Source: Azolla caroliniana (taxonomy: Eukaryota; Plantae; Polypodiophyta). Taken from it: a stretch of 64,000 nt of DNA. Positions 11,522-25,740 of this stretch are shown here, piece after piece. The position numbers and the translations under genes were made by a program. The stretch's first letter is position 1; each line of letters opens with the position of its first letter. The DNA lies in assembly GCA_043228905.1 (NCBI GenBank), contig JBHGNT010000010.1:20770001-20834000 (forward strand). The letters run 5' to 3'. The notes under the pieces were generated by a model. That model was not told where the DNA came from and did no database searches. It saw only the letters and a program-made list of their open reading frames with translations.

Positions 11522-14500
11522 TCAAGATTCTTGTCGCATTGACGTGTTTGCTTGTTGTAGCAATTCGTATTTCCTCAAAGCATCTTTTGCGAAGAGAGCC
11601 ATGGATTCAAAGACATATGGGAGATGCTCTCTAAATCGAGACAATATCTTCTCTTTCCGGTCATAGGCCACTTGAGCTATCCTACTATCACCAATTCTTC
11701 TACAACTACTCTGATCTGCATCGGATTCCACTACACTCGTCTCGTGGCCACCTTCTACTTCCTTATATTCCAAACACTTCTTGTCTCGCATCTTGAAAGA
11801 TGAAGAAGAAAGGGGTCCTTTGAGTCGTTTCACATCCACATTGTCCCCATGCTCCACTCTCAAGAAGCGAACAACATTCGAGAAATTGCCGATCGCCTCA
11901 ACCACACTTTGCACTTGCTCAAGATGCTCGAGAGAGCTGCACCATTGCTTCAATACATAGAATATGGTAGGCCTTTCCAAAACGCCGATGGGTCGACCCC
12001 TCTTATCTATCTCAGGCTCTATATGGCATTTCGAAAGCCATGCATTCAGTGCAAAGATGTAGTTCTTCTGTGACATAATCCACCGTTGGAAATAGGTCCG
12101 CCAGTTACCGAGTTCTCGCTCAAGGTCTGAGATAGCCTTTATGTGTGAGTCACTTGCTTCCACTCCATTGATAGAGCTAGTGTCGATTGTTTGCATCTGG
12201 GAAGCAATCGCTTGTTGTGCTCGATGGCATTCACACATGACCTTCCACATGTGCATCAGCCTGTTTGGAAAATTATCAAAACAAAATGTGCTCCAATATG
12301 AGAATGAAAGACTCTCCATGGAAGCAAGAAATGTATGGTTATAGGAAATAAAATTTCCAAAAATGACCTTCTCTCTATTGGTATCTTTCATATTACAAAC
12401 AAAATGGAGGGCAGGGCATTTTTGGAAATTTTGGGGAGTAAAAGAGGAGGACAGTAAAGTCAGTATGAGATTTTACCCTTCCAAGAGCTCAACTAGTTGA
12501 GGATACAAGTCCTCATTGGTCAGTCTTTGTATAGTTGTGGAAGCTAGATCTATGGATTGGAGTGCCACCATGAGCTGTGAGTCTAGTTTCTTTACAGAAA
12601 CTCGCACCTTATCGATAGATATTTGGTCGGTTCCCTTGGCACTGAGTTGCTGAAGTTTCCGGCATTTGCGATCGAACACGGCTCTGACAACTTCTCCTGC
12701 CTGAAAAACAAAAGGCAAAAAGCAAAAAACACAAAACAATTACTTTAGGGAAGATCAAATCGTGCTTTGATTTCTCTAAGCCCTAATTGTTCGCTTTCCC
12801 TTGTGGAGAAACGTCCACTTTCTTTCATGTTTCTCTAAACCTGGAAAACCCAAATGCCCAATATGTTCCCATGTTTCTTCTGGATTTTACAGAAAAAAAC
12901 CCTAATGCCTATTTTCTTCTTCATGCAACCCTAGGCCCCAAAAGCTTTGTCCCTAAACCCCAATCCCCACTTTCCCTCATGCTTCTTAACAGTGTTCAAC
13001 ATCTGGCCTCTTAAGTTGCCACAATATCTAGAAATGAATGGACCATCTAGCCTATAGAAGTGCATTATGTTAGAATGCATGGTCACACAAAACTTCTACC
13101 TAGAGAATTTTGAGCTCCAAGGAAGAGACAAAATACTTAGAACACCCTCATGCAAGCACACAAACAATATAGAGCTACACAAAACAAATGCCTTAGGGCA
13201 TAATTTATACAAGTACCTTGACTTCCTCGTAAAGCTTTCTCTCCCACGCATAAATTCTCTCCAATGTCGAGGCCTGGCTACCGAGCATACCACACTCAGG
13301 ACTATCACTATCATAGAAAGCATCTCTCACCGCCACCGAGGTTTTCCGTGACCAATGTGATGTTATTGCATTAAAGACCTTGGAAGAATCTGTAATCACA
13401 GTAGCCATGCCCCCCCCTACTAAGTCATGTGTTCCACCATCAAATAGCTTTCGCAGTTTAAAGTGTCTAAGGACGAATGAATAACCAGATCGTAGAATGA
13501 ATAGATAGAGAGCTAAGTAGAGTTGCTCAGCATACCTTTAGATCCTACCGATCCTGTGTTATCTTGACTGACCTTACTGGTCTCGAGCAAACATGAGACA
13601 TCCTTTCCGCTCATCGAGGCTCTTGTGAAGTGGTCGTGGATGTAACGAACAGCTCGAATTAGATCCTTTGCCTCTGAAGATGTGATGACTAGGGCGAGTT
13701 CAGTATTGCTCTGCGCCAAATCTCCATAGCCCCGCTGTTCATTGCAAAGGTCTCCGTCTTCATCCTCATCATCATGTTCTTCTTCTTTCTCTGTTTCATT
13801 CTCCTCCTCTTCTTCTTTAAGTGATTCTGCTACATATTCTACCACTTTTCTTTGTGAGGCTACCACTTTCTGCTGTTCTTTGGCATTGCCTTCTCGAGAG
13901 ACCTCCTTCTCGTTCTTCTTCATTGATTCGTCTTCATGTTTATCCTCTAAATACGGCTCACCTTCTTTTTCTTCTTTGTTTAACAAGCATTCAGAACTAT
14001 CTTTCGCAGCTTGAGCATTCTTCTCATCCATATCCATATCCCCTGGTTCTTCACTGTATTTCTCTGACCTAATTCTCCTCTGCTCAGCCAAGTGATATGG
14101 AATTGGTGGGGGATCAAATATAACATCATAGTTGAACCATGAAGAGTAAGGAGAGGAAGAAGGCATTGCAGGTGCCAGGTCTCGGTCAGGGGTGTTTGAG
14201 GACGACAAGAAACTACACTCGTCGTCGTCGTCATCATCATCATCATCATCATTATTAGAACCGACCTTCTGTCTCATAATTGAAGAAGAAGATGATGATG
14301 ATGATGAATTATCATGAGGCAGAGAAGAAGGTTGGGGAGTCACCTTAGCGAGAACAGAGGAATTAAGGGAAGTAGAATCATTCCTTATGGAAGAAGAAGA
14401 AGAAGAAGAAGACGATGGAGAATTAGGGTAGGTTAATGTAAGCTGCTGAACCTGTGAAGAAGAAGAAGAATGAGTGACCGCAGGTGGTGGTGACAGAGCT

Positions 14501-14970
14501 TGGTGATGGACACCTTTGCAGTCGAGATGACCATCATGGAGATTATTGCGGAAATGGACATGGTCATGGTCATGGTCATGGTCGAGATGGGTGTCTTTGT
14601 CGTCCAAATGAGCACCTTGGAGATTGTTGAAAGGAGTTCCGTCTTTCTCCCTAAACCCTAAACCCTGCTTGCTGTTTAAATGGGAGACTCCTTTCTCTGC
14701 TGTTTCTTCTTCTCCTGCTTCTTCTTTTTGAAGGTGATCGTGACTGTTTATGACATGAGAACCTTCAGAGAGGCGTCTCAATGCGAGGCCTACACTCTGA
14801 AGGCTCTGAATGTAGGAGGAGTGAGCTATGGCGAAATCTTGCCGTCCTTTCACTGCATTCTTCATCAGCCGATTCCTCTCTTTACATTTCAGCACCACAT
14901 TATTGTGATGAGCAGCAGAGCCCTCTTTCACATCCTCCTCTGCATTGTGGCTCGAAGCAACACACCCCAT
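11522..14970 (-). CDS. DUF630/DUF632 coiled-coil protein (NRG2/APSR1/REL2-like family), 4 exons
   Basis: Exons 14970-13536, 13389-13217, 12700-12477 and 12260-11522, all GT-AG with consistent phases. Starts MGCVASS. DUF630 motif VVLKCKERNRLMKNAVKGRQDFAIAHSSYIQSLQSVGLAL. DUF632 motifs HDHFTRASMSGKDVSCLLE, STLERIYAWERKLYEEVKA, LYPQLVELLEGLMHMWKVMCECH and LERELGNWRTYFQRWIMSQKNYIFALNAWL. Confidence 0.93.
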
Positions 14971-15039
14971 CTCACTCTTTACTGTTTTGCCGTTTCTGGT
15001 CAATTATTTCAGTTCAGTGGGATTGCCATATCTGCACAA

Positions 15040-15117
15040 GGGGGGGGGGGGGGGGGGGGGGGGGGAGAAGAGAAGGTCTTTCTCACAGAAGAAGAAGAAG
15101 AAGAAGAAGAAGAAGAA
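15040..15117 (+). repeat. G26 homopolymer and (GAA)10 just upstream of the DUF630/632 start codon
   Basis: G run 15040-15065 and GAA repeats 15088-15117, read directly. Confidence 0.95.
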
Positions 15118-15356
15118 GAGGGGAAATGCAGGGGTGCATAGGGTTCTTCGTCTTCTTTACATAATTCCAGGAAACAGAGGCAGCCCAAAAGAAGAAGAAG
15201 AGACACAGAGAGAGCAGGAGAACAGGGGAGGAGAGAGAGAGAGAGGTACCACGGAATGAACAAGCTCTGTCAATAGTTTAAGCCTTTTGAATTTCTCTTT
15301 GTTCCTCCTTTTTATACGTACTTGTGTATATATATCATATATCATATATGTATACA

Positions 15357-15709
<353 letters not shown>

Positions 15710-18111
15710 GCCACATTATATGTGCATGCTAAAGGTGGACGTATCTCGGCATCAAGTGCCCTTGGAGATGATCCTATCTTATCGGCCTGAGAAGACCTCC
15801 CTATTCATCGATCCTTTAATCCATCACCATACTTGCTCGTGTTCCTTGCGGTTGATGCTCTCTATCTATCTTTGTGAATCATAGTTCTAGTAGGCAATTG
15901 ATTCTACGCATACATGGTTTGGTACCCATCTGCTCACGTTTCATTGCGTCTTTTAAATTTTGTCGACTCCTTCATAAGCCATAGTGATCTAGATCATCAA
16001 CCCCTTTGTGATCCTTTCCTCTACCCTTGTGTTCCATGTGTCCGGAATGAGCTTTGATGAGTAGTAACATGCCAACAATCTCACAAATACAATATACGTT
16101 GATAATGTTGCATCATCTAAATTATATCGCTATGCAGATACGTTGAAAAACCATTGTGGTGCATATAGATATAGGGATAGAGTGCAAACTTTCCATTAGG
16201 AGCAATGTCAAAAATCTTCTTCATTTGTGATGTGCAACCATTTTGTTATGTTGTCTTAACAAGATGAAAACGTGAAAGGTACACTTCATTAAAACCAGAA
16301 AGGTAAATGAAGGCAATTAAACTCTAAGGTTGTGCAAATTGACACATGAGAATTCTCCCTTGTTTGTCTAGTCCCCTAACAGTGCCATGTCTCCATATGC
16401 CGAAATTTGAGACCTTGGAGATATTGACTTCCATGACAATATCTTCCATGAAACAAGAAAGGTAGGATTTGTATTTCAACGAACCATCTAGAGAATGATC
16501 ACCTCTTGTGAACATCAATCAACATGGACATTGACTTGTCCACTTTAACTCTACATTTCCTAAGCTCAACAAACCCATGTGGTTAGCTCAATTTAAATTA
16601 CTTTTACGTGTCTCTTATTCATTCCACTTTTACATAACCATCGGTATTGGTTATCACATCTTCATTGGCTCTCTTTCTTCCATAGTTTCTCCCACTTTTG
16701 TGGAAAGGAGTATTGTCTACATCAATGTCATGTCATTTCACTCCATTCACATTGCTGTGATAACTAATACAACTTATGCTAAGCATAGTGCCCTTGCCAT
16801 ATGGATTCTAGCGTTCTAGGAAGTAAATGTGTAAGGTCATGTTTCGGAGGAGTTTGTTAATGTACATTAGCTCATACCGATGAATTCACACACCCACAAG
16901 CTTATCATCAAAAGGTCACCTTTACATTGATAGATTTAGGAAGCGAGTTATAAATGCACATGAATACAAAGGCAATAACTTGTTAAATAAAACAGTTGCA
17001 ATGTTTAAACCTTGGTTCACACAAAGTCATTAAGTATTTCGAGCAAACGTATCATCGCTTGACTTGGTGCATAAAAAACAGGATGACATTTCAACTTATT
17101 TTCAATGAACTAATTGCTCATCTAACAAGTACCTTTTATTTTTAACAAATTTAAATGAACAAGAGTCTCGAACCAACTCTAAAGTATCTTACATTTTTTA
17201 AGTACAAGGATAACACTTTCACATTATGGTGTGTTCCATGTGATATCCACGACAAAAAATTGCCTTGACATAGAATAATGATGCCACTTTCCCCAAAGGT
17301 CCTTAGGTTTATAAATATAGTCAACAAGATTGAGATTGTTTACTTGAGGCAAACATGGATAATGATGGTTTATATGGGATGATGATATCTTTTATAAAAA
17401 GTACTTACGATTCTCATATGTTTAAAGAAAATGATTTATCTTTTTTGAATTTATCTTTATATGTTCATGGCCAATAATCTCAAGAAGATCGAAACTAATC
17501 ACCTTTTTCGGAAATAATTAATTTGCAACTATAAATTTGGTCAATGTAAGAGCAATTTCATGAATTTTATGGTGACATAGAATAACACTTTTTGATCATT
17601 TTTCATAGCAATGTGCCCTATGCATTTAGAGCATTAACGCTAATGAAAAAATAGGGCAATAATGTAATTTTATGGGCTAGAATTATGAAGGTGCCAAAAT
17701 CGTCCTTTGTTCCTTTTCACATGAGATAATAACTCCAAGAATATCAAAGACTTTTACGACAAAGTAAATGTGCAAGATACTTAGATATGTATAAAGATGG
17801 TTACATATTTACTTTTTGAGCTTATAACTGCAACATTGAAACTTTGTTTGCTGACCAAATCGGTGTCCAATGAGATAATTGACCTATATGATATACATAT
17901 CTAGCCAAGTTGACTACATTAATATGGGCATAACAAACTTGTTGATTTGTGTTTATATACATAATTACAAGACTCCTCGAGTATGCATTTGGATGAGACA
18001 GACAGACAGACAGAAAGGTAGCCCATGTGTGATCCTTGGCATGGGCTCGGCCTTATCCCATAGATTGGAATCAGCCATTGTTTAAAAAATATCACTATCT
18101 CTACCCTCACC

Positions 18112-18113
<2 letters not shown>

Positions 18114-18157
<44 letters not shown>

Positions 18158-18173
18158 GCACGCACGCACACAC
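18114..18173 (+). repeat. (CA)n/(CACG)n microsatellite
   Basis: Read directly. Confidence 0.95.
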
Positions 18174-19574
18174 GTAAATAGTAGTGTATTAATTACGAAA
18201 TGTAAAACAACCATATGTAAACATACAATATCCTATCAACCCACCACAAAATCTACTAGTGATCCCATTCGATCATTGCATTGCTCATATTTGTTACATC
18301 TGTTACATCGTAATGAACAATAACATTGTATGGGATAAAGGCCAATTCATACTATATTCTTTTTCTCTCCAAGAAGGGTGAGAACATATGTTTGTGTGGT
18401 ATTTTCACCCAGAGCGTTTTTCCTACATCGTAGTAAAGAGTCACGTCCAAGGTGATATTGATCCCATAGGTCAAAAATGGCCTCCTTGTGGATGAACACT
18501 CCACTCAGGAAACAATTATAGCCTTCTTAATGAATCGATAATCATATATTAATTATATAACTATTAATAATGTGAGTATACAAACAATTGTATATGTCTC
18601 TTTCTTAAGGGTGAGCATTGCAGTGCACAAACATGCATATGTTTTATCCTGACAAAGCTTATTGCAATAACTACTAGATCAATTTTATGTTTAGCCTAAT
18701 TGTGTGTGTGATATTCCACAAAGTTCATCAAACAAACTACCCATGTCTCATACCCAAGTTATACTACAGAGCCCAATATAGAAGGTAGTCGAGAATGGTA
18801 CAACTTTGGCTCCTCAAGCAACAACCCCATATCTCTTACCTCGTGCACCATGAACAAAATTGGAATGGGTAACCGCCAATAGGAGTTCTGAGAACTTTGA
18901 TGAGGTCAAACATATGAATGGAGTGGACACTGGTCATGGATAGTCCAAAAGGACAAGCAATCATATTAGAGGTGCTTATGGGGTTACAAGCACGATCAAT
19001 GATGATGTGATAACCATAGGGAACATCAAACCCATTTATGTGTGAGGTGAGAATGGGGCAAGGGAGTGCTTAATATCTACATAAGTCAGTTCAGACGTCC
19101 ACTTTCTGCTTCCCTCGGGGGTCCATCGGAGCATCAATTGATGAAAGTTAGACAAGTGGGGGCCAAGTCCTAGAAAGACTCATTGGAGTCGAGGGCTAGT
19201 GGTTGGGGTTTGTGAAGACCACCTTAGGTAGTATTTAGGGTGTGGGGGTGGATGCGGGGGGTGACACCCGACATAAGTTGTGAGTGGGCATTGGTTGTTG
19301 ACGTGCTTGGTTGGTTGTAGTGGAAGCATCGTGGCTCTAGGGTTAGTGTGAGGGGGGTCATTATAGTCATTGCAAAGATCATTGCGACCCTTTTTGAGGA
19401 AACTCTTGGGAAACATTGTTCGAGGATGGTAATGATACCCCATTCACTATCAATGAATACCTCCAGGACGTCAAACACGATTATGTATATGATGAGAATC
19501 GAGGAGTGCTCATTCTAGCACTAGGTGGGTACTCATGGATGATTTTGTGAACACCAAGTTGGTAGATATCTCCA

Positions 19575-19781
19575 TTATGGGGGGGGGGGGGATGACACAT
19601 AATTTGGTCCAAATGCACATGAAAATTGAACGAGAAGCATGGTCATCCATCTTGCTTGCTTGGAGAGTGAGCCAAATATCATTTTGGCTATGATCAAAGG
19701 TGTTTGATGAAGCTTTGTCATGTCAATACTCTCACCATTTTTGCCTATAGTGGTGATTGTTGGATTGAAGTTATCGTTCAC
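19575..19781 (-). mobile_element. Possible highly decayed Ty3/gypsy RNase H fragment
   Basis: Peptide TKLHQTPLII..SLSKQARWMTMLLVQF resembles the gypsy TDH.SL...LS.RQARW..LL.EF motif. Only one motif is seen. Confidence 0.3.
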
Positions 19782-20569
19782 TTATTTCTAATGAGACAAA
19801 TAATTTTTAGAAGTCCTATGAGTGTTGGTGTTGATCTACTTTAGATAAACCAATAAGGAGTTCTTTTTTTAATACAACATAGAAGTGCCATGCATACATG
19901 GACCATGCATCCTATCAATGGACGATACACATTACAAACTCACAATCTCAAAAATTCATGATGCAAGCTTATAGGCATGACATTGGAGGCCACAACGACT
20001 TGCCCTCATTCTCTTCTTTTATAGTTTATTCAATAGGCGAAAAGGAAAAATGCAAAAAACAACTTTCCCAAGACATGTAGGCAAAATGTAAGTCATGTAC
20101 GTTTTTACTACTTTTATATATTTACCAAAGTTGGTTATAGGGAAAATGATGTGGTTGACAGTGCTTTATAATTTTGTATTTCAAGGACATCTGGGCAAAA
20201 ATGAAGTAGACATCTATCTCAAAATCCCAAAATGGTGTATGACTTGTTTGCAATTAGTACATTATTCGTTTGACAATTAATGATGTTTACTAATGATGAA
20301 TGCAAATATTAGTCTACAATAGATTATGTGAATAATTATTATTGATTTTTAATAATTAATGCATAATTCTTAGCTTTTGTATTTCATTAATTTATTAAAC
20401 GATAAATTGTAGTGTTGTTTATTAAAGAGAACCCACACATTAGCGTCCTAAAAGGGGAACATTTGCTTTCCAAGAATTTGCCTTGAAGCCAACAATTAGG
20501 GCATCAATATACGCTCATGAAGGTGAGATTGAACTAAAAAATTACTTACTAGCATGTCTTGTATGTAAA

Positions 20570-22630
20570 GCATGTTGGTAGTATTAATTGGCACAAATTA
20601 GTGGGATCTTGGGTTGGGGAAGGTCTTACTCCTACTTGGTGTCCAGACGTTGGATTTTGTTGGATACCAAAAGGCTCTCCATGAGATATTTAGGGTGTCA
20701 AGTGGGAATTAATCTTCCCCCAAAAGCTCATATTCAACCATTACTGCTTTCTTTAAGGAAGAAGTTAATCTTTTTGAGTTCTAAGAATTTGTCACTAGAG
20801 AGGAGGCTAGTTATTTCTAATCAAGTATTACTCTCCTCAATGTGGTATATATTCTCATCTTGGTTATTCTCAAGTTACAAAGGTTAATTAGAAATTTCTT
20901 ATGGGGTCCTACTGATTTTTAAAATGATAGAGTGAAGGTAGCTTGGAAAACTATTATACCGCCACCCTCTCAAGGAGGTTTAGGTTTGGTGGATCCTTTG
21001 ATGCAATGTAAGGCACTATTGGCAAAAATTTTAGTGCGAGGTTTACTGCCAGGAAATGAACCGTGGAAGTTGCTTCTTCAGTTAAGAATGAAAGAGGTCT
21101 TCCTAAAAATTGGAGGTGAATGGACAATGTCTCTTCAATGGTGGTTTATTCTTGATTTTGATTCACATAAGATAGTATTTCAGGATGATAGGCTCTTTGC
21201 TGTGATAAAGTGAGCCTGGTGGTCCCTAAAAGCTAATTTGCAACAAGTCGGGCCCACTTTAATGGATGAATGGTTACATCAACCCTTGGTTTGGAATCTT
21301 TTATTTCTAGATGATGAAGGATCTATGTTGGGGAGGAGAGTGAGATTAAATTGGGCGCAAGTGGATTCATCTTTTGCCTCATCTCTTTGTAAGTGGCAAC
21401 GCTTTGTTCACAATCCTACTAATATTATGCAACAAGAATATAGAGGAATAAGAGGAGGAAAGATGATAGTTGATGAGTTAAGGAAATTGCAGCTACCCTT
21501 GATGGATAATATACATTCTAATTGTCATAAATGGGTGGGATTATTTTCAAATTTTCAAATTTTACTTGGAGTTTGTGGCCTTGGAGATAAGGATACTTTC
21601 TTGAGTTATGATGTTTTACAGGATGGGCGATTTGGGTTGATCCCCCTAGAAGATGAATGTCTCGCCGAGGCAACATTAAAACCCATTAGAATTCTAGCTA
21701 AGGTAGATAAGATTTGGATCCTAGACCCTGATCCTAATATTGTTCATCCATGGTGGACCTATGGGTAGGGGCAAAAAACCATTATATGAATTGGAATGGG
21801 ATCGAGGGGAATGGAAGTGGTTACCTACATCACATTCTGGGGAGGATGTTAGGCCAATTCCGTTCTTTCAATACTCGGTTCGATTGGGAAGGGAGATGTT
21901 ACGACGTAGGATACCTCATTGGCCGACAACAGCTACAACATGGTTGAGTTATAATATTGATCTTACTGATATGACAACATTTTGAAAATGGCTATGGGCT
22001 ATACAAATTCCAAAGAAGATTATTTTATTTAGATGGTTGATTGTTCATTATGCGGTTCTTGTTAAGGTTTGGATGCATTGTAAGGATATGGATACGATGT
22101 GTGTTATCTGTGGATTAGAGATGGATTCTCTTCCTCACCTATTCTAGTCATGTATGGCTGCTAAATTGGTTTGGAAAAGGATATTACGTCTATTGCATGA
22201 GGTATATGGCTCTAGAGTATATAAATGGGGGGCAGTGATGTGGGCTGCTGTTAAGGGTGAGGTACAAGATTATGAACAAGAAAAGGTTACTTTTGCATTA
22301 CATACAAGACTCGGTCAATATGTTGAGGAAGTTTCGTGGTGTAGTCCTAGTAGTTCCATAACATTATGGGTTTTGTGGACTAGTAGATATCAAAGGATAT
22401 TTCAGCAAATTTAATGAAATGTTGTGGATGTAGTCAAGGAGATTTGGTTGACCTTGGTGCATACACTAAAAGGAGAATATGACGCTATCAAGGGTGATTC
22501 AAATGTAGTCTCTTGAAAGAAAGAGGTTTTTAAGAAGAGATGGGAAATGATGAATGTATTCTACATGGTTAATTGTTGTATACGTTGGAGGTATCAACCA
22601 CCTCTCTGGGTATTTCCTCCACTGGTATGA
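20570..22630 (+). mobile_element. Decayed 5'-truncated L1-type LINE (post-RT region and zf-RVT)
   Basis: MRYLGCQVG...RKKL..LSSKNLSLERRLVISNQVLLSSMWY, KVAWKTII.PPSQGGLGLVD and zf-RVT KWLWAIQIPKKIILFRWLIVH...CVICGLEMDSLPHLF*SC...TLWVLWTSR. Several stops and frameshifts. Confidence 0.88.
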
Positions 22631-22729
22631 GGCATGTGGCTATGTATAAATGTTCTTGGTACTGTCTTGGGAGTAATGTATGTCAATAACAATCTATGAA
22701 CAATTGAAAAGAAAGAAATAACTAAGATT

Positions 22730-23530
22730 TTGTGCAATCTCAAGGTTTGGGCCAAGTAGAAAGACCTTCAAGACTTATTTTCTGGTTTGTTGAAAGCATG
22801 TGGCAACATGGGAGATATATAGAAAGGGAACAAAATTTTTTGTTTCGTCAAATTGGATGGCCAATTTGATAATATTTTTACACATAGCTTTCAAACGTGG
22901 CGCTTCATACCTCACTCATTAGAGGATATGTAGAGAATGGCGAAGATAAAGAAGCATAGAAATATGTTCACCTTATGCAAGATTTGGGTATCTTTCTCAA
23001 TCCTTTAGCTCAAATTTGTATCTTGAAAATAGGTGGACATGCACACGTTGTTAGCAAAGGTCAAGGAATGGATGTGGTGATAACAAAGAAAGGATTATTT
23101 GAAAGTAATGTGATTGTTGGAACTGTCTTGTTGAATATGTATATGAAATGTGGCTTTCTTGCGGAGAAACTCAAGACCGCACTGATTTCAAGATAGGCTG
23201 AAAATAGGTGGGGGGAGGATGCTTTTATATGGCACTTACGTGTGCATTCGGAAGGCATATCTCTGAATGTCATCACATTGTTTGTGTCTTGAAAACATGT
23301 GGAAGTTTTCGAGCAGTAGAAAAAGGATAAGAAGTGCACAACCGTATTTGAAAATAGGGTTTGGAACATGATCTTGTAATCACTAATATGCTAATTGATA
23401 TGTATGTAGAATTCAATTTCTTCTTATGAGATGGATGGAGGCGTTGAAATAGGTGGGGGGAGGATGCTTTTATATGGCACTTACGTATGCATTTGGAAGA
23501 ATTCCATTCTTCTTATGAGATGGATGGAGT
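22730..23530 (+). pseudogene. PLS-class pentatricopeptide-repeat (PPR) gene relic
   Basis: Fragments LKACGNMGDI*KG, HAHVVSKG and KKGLFESNVIVGTVLLNMYMKCGFLAE, plus EGISLNVIT and GLEHDLVITNMLIDMY. These are PPR L/S-motif signatures broken by frameshifts and stops. Confidence 0.7.
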
Positions 23531-25366
23531 CATTGTTCTTCAAATCTTGCATTCAAGATGTGGTTTTCATGTTGCTTACTAGGTATACTTCCAATTGCAG
23601 TCCACTTAGAGCAAAAGGAGAACTAGCCACTTTCTCTAATGATCTATAATTGTTGAGATGGCATATATTATATACTATTTGTACATTGCCTCTGGCCACT
23701 TTAATTTTAATACCAATGCAGGATATTTTTTATAGAAAAAGAAACAAGAACCGGCAATTTCTTTATTTGCAATGTCACGGAGGGTTAGAAACACGACTTC
23801 ATTTGTTATGCACTTGTTCATCAATAACCTTTAGTTGTAAAAGGTAATCTTCTACTTATGTTTCCAAACACGCATCTTGGAATTTTGTTCTGGTTGTTTG
23901 GTCTTTGTCATCGTCAATTGTAAGAGGATGCCAATTTTTTTCTATGGCTAAGTTTTTGGTCATGTTGGACTATTTGGGTGATCTGGAACTGTCTAGTGTT
24001 TGGCCAATCACCCATTGTTTGCTTTTTTTCATTAAATACTTTCTCAAAAAAATCTCTTTATGCTTGTTTTCAGTTTGCTGGAATCTTTATGCAAAAAAAC
24101 ACCTCTATTTTAATAGATTTTGAGCAATGAAAGTAATATAGGTATTCCTCGAAAAAAACAAGTTCTACAAAAAATGAAGGAGATATGAACACACCTCGTA
24201 TCAATTTGTGGTGAATGCCAACAAAACCACATTTGTATATGGGCTACATTTAGTTCAATCATGTCCAATGTGATTTGTTTGATTTTCCCTCACTCTATTT
24301 AACTAGAGGTATCATGAATTGTCTGTGTTGAGGCGGTTAGTGAGTAATTGGTATGGTTGCTATGGAAAATTAATCATTGATCCCAATGTATCTATGATGG
24401 ATATGTTTTCTTGAGATTAATTTGGCCATGAAACTTCGTTTCTAAGGAAGAGGCTTCCTTCAACCCAAAAGTGACAAATGCAATTGGAAACAAACCCACA
24501 AACAAGTATTCGAGTGAGTTTCAAACACAAAAGCACGACTCAAATAGTTTGCATCTATGTGGGATATGCTTGATTGTCATAGTTTGGAGATACAATATGA
24601 TATATATTCATTCATAACCGAGTTACGCTTTGAGGTCTAAAGTAACTTTTTGCTTCTCTTTGTTCTTTACCAACGTAGTGGGTGTTGTAACAGTTTATTC
24701 ATAGAACGTGATATCATTCTCACCATATGCCATGGTTGCTTTCAAACATCTAGGTATCGCTTTGCATGCTCTTGGATAATCTATAATTTAAAAGGACACA
24801 AACAATTCTAAATAGGAATGCAATTCCGTATATTTCTCGGTTTCTGTAACATTTTCCAAGCATTGGTTCTTTTGGTTTAACTATGTGCTCTAATAAAAGT
24901 TGAGTCGTTGCTCAATATAGACAATCATTGTGCCTTACACCCTTCGTTATTGTTGCCTACCTAAAGCAATGCTAAAGTTATGAAGGAACCCTTGGGTTGC
25001 CAAACTTGATATTCCAAAGACAAGAGAAACAAATGGGAACAAGTTTATGGCTTATCGATGACTTTTGCACCATAGTGAACTTTAGAGATGGTTGTGTGTC
25101 CATTATCATGAAGGCAGTTTTGAGGTCACAATGGGTGTACTATTTGGCACAAGTGTCTACTTACAAACAAAGTTTTCAAATAGCCATAAAGTGACACGTT
25201 CACATGGAGCACACGTGTCTTTTGTAAGGGCATAAGTCACATGAGAGACTCTAATTTGCTTCTTTCGCTATATATCCATGTCATTGCCAATTCATGGGCG
25301 ATTGAGAGTTGTCCCATACTTAGAAGAGGTTAAGAGTTTCAAAACAAAAACATGTGGTCACTCTAG

Positions 25367-25740
25367 GGGACCGATGACAATTTAGAGATTTAATGACTCA
25401 CATGTAGTAGTCAGTACATGGAACCAATGATGATCGGACCCAAATGTAGTCTCTACATGGGATCTACAGGATACGATGATCTAACGATGTACATAACGGG
25501 ATTAAACTGCACGGGACCAATGACGATCAAGAGATGTAATGATTCACATGCAACCTGTAACGACGATCGAGAGATGTAAAGATTCGCATGTAGTTTGCAC
25601 ACGGGACCTACGATGATCAAATGATATTCGTAAGGGGTTAAACTGCAAGGGACCATTGACGATTGAGAGATGTAACGATTCACATGTAGTCTATACAGGG
25701 GACCTATGATGATCTATCTAACAATGTCCATAAGGGGCTA
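25367..25740 (+). repeat. Degenerate tandem array, about 8 units of 40-53 bp
   Basis: Core gggacc.a.ga.gatc recurs at about 25367, 25420, 25460, 25513, 25553, 25602, 25649 and 25699. Confidence 0.75.

Noticed and set aside
13742-15263. Several antisense or alternate-frame ORFs (poly-S, poly-G/E, poly-R, poly-K)
   Set aside because: They are shadows of the low-complexity DUF630/632 exon and the G26/(GAA)n tracts.
25367-25740. Repeat-spacer-like periodicity suggesting a CRISPR array
   Set aside because: The units are degenerate along their whole length, the intervening parts are related to each other, there are no cas genes and the context is eukaryotic.
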